A DNA stretch of 64,000 bases, taken from contig NC_135262.1 of the NCBI RefSeq assembly GCF_964204865.1, positions 2,232,001 to 2,296,000 on the forward strand, in the 5' to 3' direction. Positions 60,205-64,000 of the stretch are shown one piece after another; within the stretch, counting starts at the first letter, position 1, and every line of letters begins with the position of its first letter. A model generated the notes under the pieces. The model did not search any database. It saw only the letters and a program-made list of their open reading frames with translations, and was not told the origin of the DNA. Source of the DNA: Styela clava. Lineage: Eukaryota. A program made the position numbers and the translations under genes.

Positions 60205-62169
60205 CATACAGGTATATGCACGTACATTTACCTTTATGTAAATGCTTCAAATTCTGCCCAGCGTACAGAAAGAAGCCTTTAGGTACAAGACTTTGGTATC
60301 CAACACCTTTCCGTACCACTGACTTATATATGTGAATGATTTTTTTCCCTTGTTGCATCCTCACTTGTTTTTCGACACGATGTTTTAACTTACTGCACCC
60401 AATCTATAGTGCGTTACCGGTATCGGAATATTTCCAGCACGAGTTCTCGAATCAAGTGCGTTGCGACTGTGGTTGCGAAATAGGACCATCAATTCGAAAT
60501 ACAATTAATTCCAGTGTCCCGTCATTTGATAATTGATAGCGGTCCAAGCAGACTTTTTCTAAGTCCTCGCACACGAGTGAAACAGACTGTTTCGTCATTT
60601 CCTTTGAGCGAGTTGTGATTCAGGTTTCATTTTCTATTTATAGGGTGTGTCCATAAAGGCTTAAAAATGTTTAAAATTGCAAAGGGAATTTATCGATACT
60701 ATATATTATTTTGACACTCACAGATGTATTAAATGAAGTAAGGATACTTGAACAATTCCCGATTTAAAAACAAAAAAACCTGGTTAAGTTATGTTGAGAA
60801 CAGACTTCAAATTGAATTTGTAAAAGAACTTTATGGGCATGAACTTAATAAACGCTGCGCATGAAGAACTTATGTGGCATGGTAATTGCAGGGGTTGCCT
60901 CATAACGGTAAATCAATACCAGCAAATATATAGTAAACATTTATTGCAAAAAATGGCGATGTACCTCTTATGTTATAGAAAATAAAAGATAAAACCTAAC
61001 AATGACGGGATAGAAACACGACAAATAGCTCACTATAAGCTATAAATATAACCAATTAAAATATAATATAAAACACATATTGAAACTATGAGAACGTATT
61101 TTTGCGTAAAAATGATAAAATGAACAATTAAATATACTCACGCCAATATTTCCACGAAAAACCAATTTTATCGAAATAAAGCTTTTTGTTACTCAAGTAT
61201 CTGTATGTTTGTTTAGGTATGGACCAAGTTAGTAGAGGAGATGAATATATTATTACTGGCTGCCATTTAAACAACATAATTTGCTATATTATAATAAACA
61301 TTTTCAGATAAAATAGTGCAAACAAAATCGAAACTCAGGCTTCGAAATCGAAATTTGGAAAATTACATTTCAAGAACTTGCTTAAAATCACCTACACCTA
61401 ATATTACTTCCACGAAAAATCAAATTTGCGAAGTTTTACTAAACTATTCTTTCGTTATAATAATTTGTGTACAAAGTTAGAAATGGTGAATATACAGTTT
61501 CTAATTATTATTTAAAAAGGCCTCTTTGAAAGGGATACAGGACTGGCATGTAGACAACAGGATTTGATATATTTTAACGAGCGTCTTCAGATAAAATAGT
61601 TTGAACAAAATCGAAATCCAGGTCATTTGGAAAAATTGCATTTCAATATTTCAAATTAATAAAATTATAATTTCAGTTGAGAAAATCGTAATATTATTTG
61701 TGAAAAACTTTGCAACTCTATTTTCTACCCGAAGTAATATCACCGCAAAGAACGTTAAAATCGAAATTGACTCCATTAGGAGATAAATCACAACCATGCT
61801 TTGGGAATAACGTAACACGATAACTATGTCACTACGAAACCAAGGGTAATTTTGATATAAAAAAAATTGTCTTGTAAAATCTTTACACACAAAATTATAA
61901 CATAAACAGATGCAAACTCTGGTAGCACGAACGCTTGGCATGAAATTTGAAGTTTATTCCTGTACTGATCGATGATATAAAAAATAATAATTGTTGGATT
62001 ACACTTATACATGTTGTTTGAGATAGGGCGGATATAATAAAATACGAGAAAAACTTAGTTAAAGAACAATAGGGGTAGGTTGTTGGCTTGGGATATAAAA
62101 ATATATTGATCGTTTGAAACATTAAAATAAGAACTTAGTGGAAGGGCGTATTAATGTAGAAAATTATTG

Positions 62170-63402
62170 TTATTTCTGTTCAACGAAAAAATTATGACTC
62201 GGCAAAAACTGTTGATTTTGAGGGTTAAAAATATCACAAGCATTCAGTAACGACGTTTCGTCACTTCCTCCAAATACGTCATCATCAATGTCGTCATCAA
62301 AAGAACACTTCCGTTTATTTCCCGACATCATATCGTTTATATCCGCGTCCAAAAATTGTTGCAATGCGTTCGGTGAAAGAGTTGGCAGTGGGCAAGGATT
62401 AAATTGCGTCATCGATTCGGGTGATGACGCAGACGGCGCTGGTGACGTCATTATTTTTTTTGTAGCGTCTGTAATGTCATCTTTTACAATTGGTGATGTA
62501 GAAAATGCATTTGTAGCGTTAAAAGCAGCGCTTAAAATGTCCGCCTTTTCTATATTGGGTATAGGCATCACATGTGAAGCAGTCCCTGGGGACTCCCCCA
62601 TTCTGCCGGGGATTGGTGACGACTCGCCGGACGAACTTGACGGCGTTGAGGTAATTGTGGTTGTTGATTTAGGAATGTAGATAACGGGTAGACTTGAATT
62701 TGAATCTGTGAAGTAGAAAGATTTATTTAATATTGTTTTAATTAAAATATATTTTCGGTAGTTTCGTTGTGTTGCAGCATGATATAAATATTAAAGTAGC
62801 CTATATAATTTGATTCAATAGTCTTGCTGCACACTAACACAAAAGTATTTCTGTATAGTTTTGTCTGAACGGGAACAAACTTCTTCAGAGGAAACGTTAC
62901 AGAAATACATGCGTGTTAGCGTGCAGCAAGACTCTTGAATTAAATAGTATAGTCAACTTTATTCTTGCCATAGCATCCTTGTGTTACACGCACACGAATC
63001 CTTTCCAATAAAGTTTAATATGGCCAACTGATGGTTACGATAGCCCATAAATATGCTTAAATATTGGATTTGTTTACCAACATCTAATACAGGTTGTGTG
63101 ACATTTTGGGCAATATATTAGATTTTATTCAATTGTTATAAACATAATTAAGGTTTAGCAATTGCATTATATCGCATTTCATGATTGTATAACAGTGTAA
63201 TTCAATATATATATAAAAATTTGTCGCTAAAATTCACAGGTTGTGTGACTTTTATATGGCGAAGCATAGGCGTTACGGAAAAAGTAAAAAAAAATCATAT
63301 AAAACGAACCTTTATTTTGCGTAGATGTGTTAGCTTGCTGGGCTGCTTGTTCTTGGTAGTAACTGCACCTGAAGAAAGTCGGTAGTTGGGTATTGGCACC
63401 GC
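62170..63402 (-). CDS. Gene 3, 3' end only: last two coding exons of an unidentified protein with a Ser/Thr/Pro-rich and acidic C-terminus
   Basis: Exon 63402-63310 (ctacag|GANTQLPTFFRCSYYQEQAAQQANTSTQNK|gttcgt, phase 1/1) joins exon 62705-62170 (cacag|SNSSLPVIYIPKSTTTITSTPSSSSGESSPIPGRMGESP...NKRKCSFDDDIDDDVFGG...FFVEQK*). A candidate AATAAA lies on the - strand near 60940. Confidence 0.75.
62811..62942. repeat. Palindromic MITE-like element in the last intron of gene 3
   Basis: Arms ATTCAATAGTCTTGCTGCACACTAACAC...TATTTCTGTA / TACAGAAATA...GTGTTAGCGTGCAGCAAGACTCTTGAAT; single arms recur at about 2857, 4008 and 57147. Confidence 0.65.
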
Positions 63403-64000
63403 CTGTAGATAGAAGAAATATTTGTTGATATAACTATCCTGTTTAGCTTGTACAAGTTTGGTTGTAGCGAAGTCATTAGCCCTCAAATGAAAGTGGATAT
63501 ACCAAAGGTACTTTAAATAACTCTAACATGGCTTGGAAAATAGCTAAATGGTAGGGGAGGCCCCATAGTGCATTATTCGGACACATTTTTTCATAGCAAG
63601 TTCACGAGTTTTCGACTTAAGATGGGAGCAAGATATTTCAAACAATGAGTTAACACCACCCACTGAACAGCTAACTAGAAAGGAATGTACAATGTAAATA
63701 CCTTAACCCAAAACATACCATCAATTCTTATTTTAATTAATACTCTTAGTCTCTGTCGCAAATTTAATAGCTTATAACGCGCTAATGTTCGCTATCGACT
63801 GTGCCGTCAGTAATATTTACCATTTAGTTGACGGCTTGGGACGTTAAATTGAGACTTGCGAATACGAATGCAAAGATACAGTACGTCACTTCTATCAAAT
63901 ATCTTTTCACTTTTAGTTTAGGGCTCAGAACATTACTTTGAGCGAACATGTATTGTATACAAATATAAATCTCATAGCACGAAAGCTATTAGATCAGTGG

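Noticed and set aside
62288-62680. 130-aa + strand ORF
   Set aside because: Antisense shadow of the gene 3 last exon.

Overview
AT-rich eukaryotic (metazoan) genomic DNA with GT-AG spliceosomal introns. It is not prokaryotic; the repeat landscape suggests an invertebrate chordate such as an ascidian, which is inference only. Most ORFs in the supplied track are spurious or single exons. By manual splice and phase reconstruction I find: (1) an 11-exon + strand gene, 17119-32008, 561 aa, coiled-coil + FN3 + B30.2/SPRY with no RING or B-box (FSD1/FSD2/TRIM C-I-like); (2) a convergent 13-exon - strand gene, 47303-35315, 731 aa, with a Pro/Thr-rich N-terminus, a death-effector-domain-like region, a TRADD-N-like region and a C-terminal coiled coil, an architecture I do not recognise and the best candidate for something new; (3) an intron-containing tRNA-Tyr(GTA) antisense inside intron 2 of gene 2; (4) the last two exons of a third - strand gene that runs off the right edge. 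The remainder is dense in non-autonomous transposons: hAT MITEs with 8-bp TSDs (including a triple stack at one target), a GGTAC-ended palindromic MITE family with 8-bp TSDs carrying TTAGGG and YY1-like motifs, a 9-bp-TSD MULE-like MITE family, Helentron/DINE-1-type elements, Tc1/mariner-like MITEs, SINE fragments, satellites and local duplications. Domain calls are from pattern recognition, not searches.
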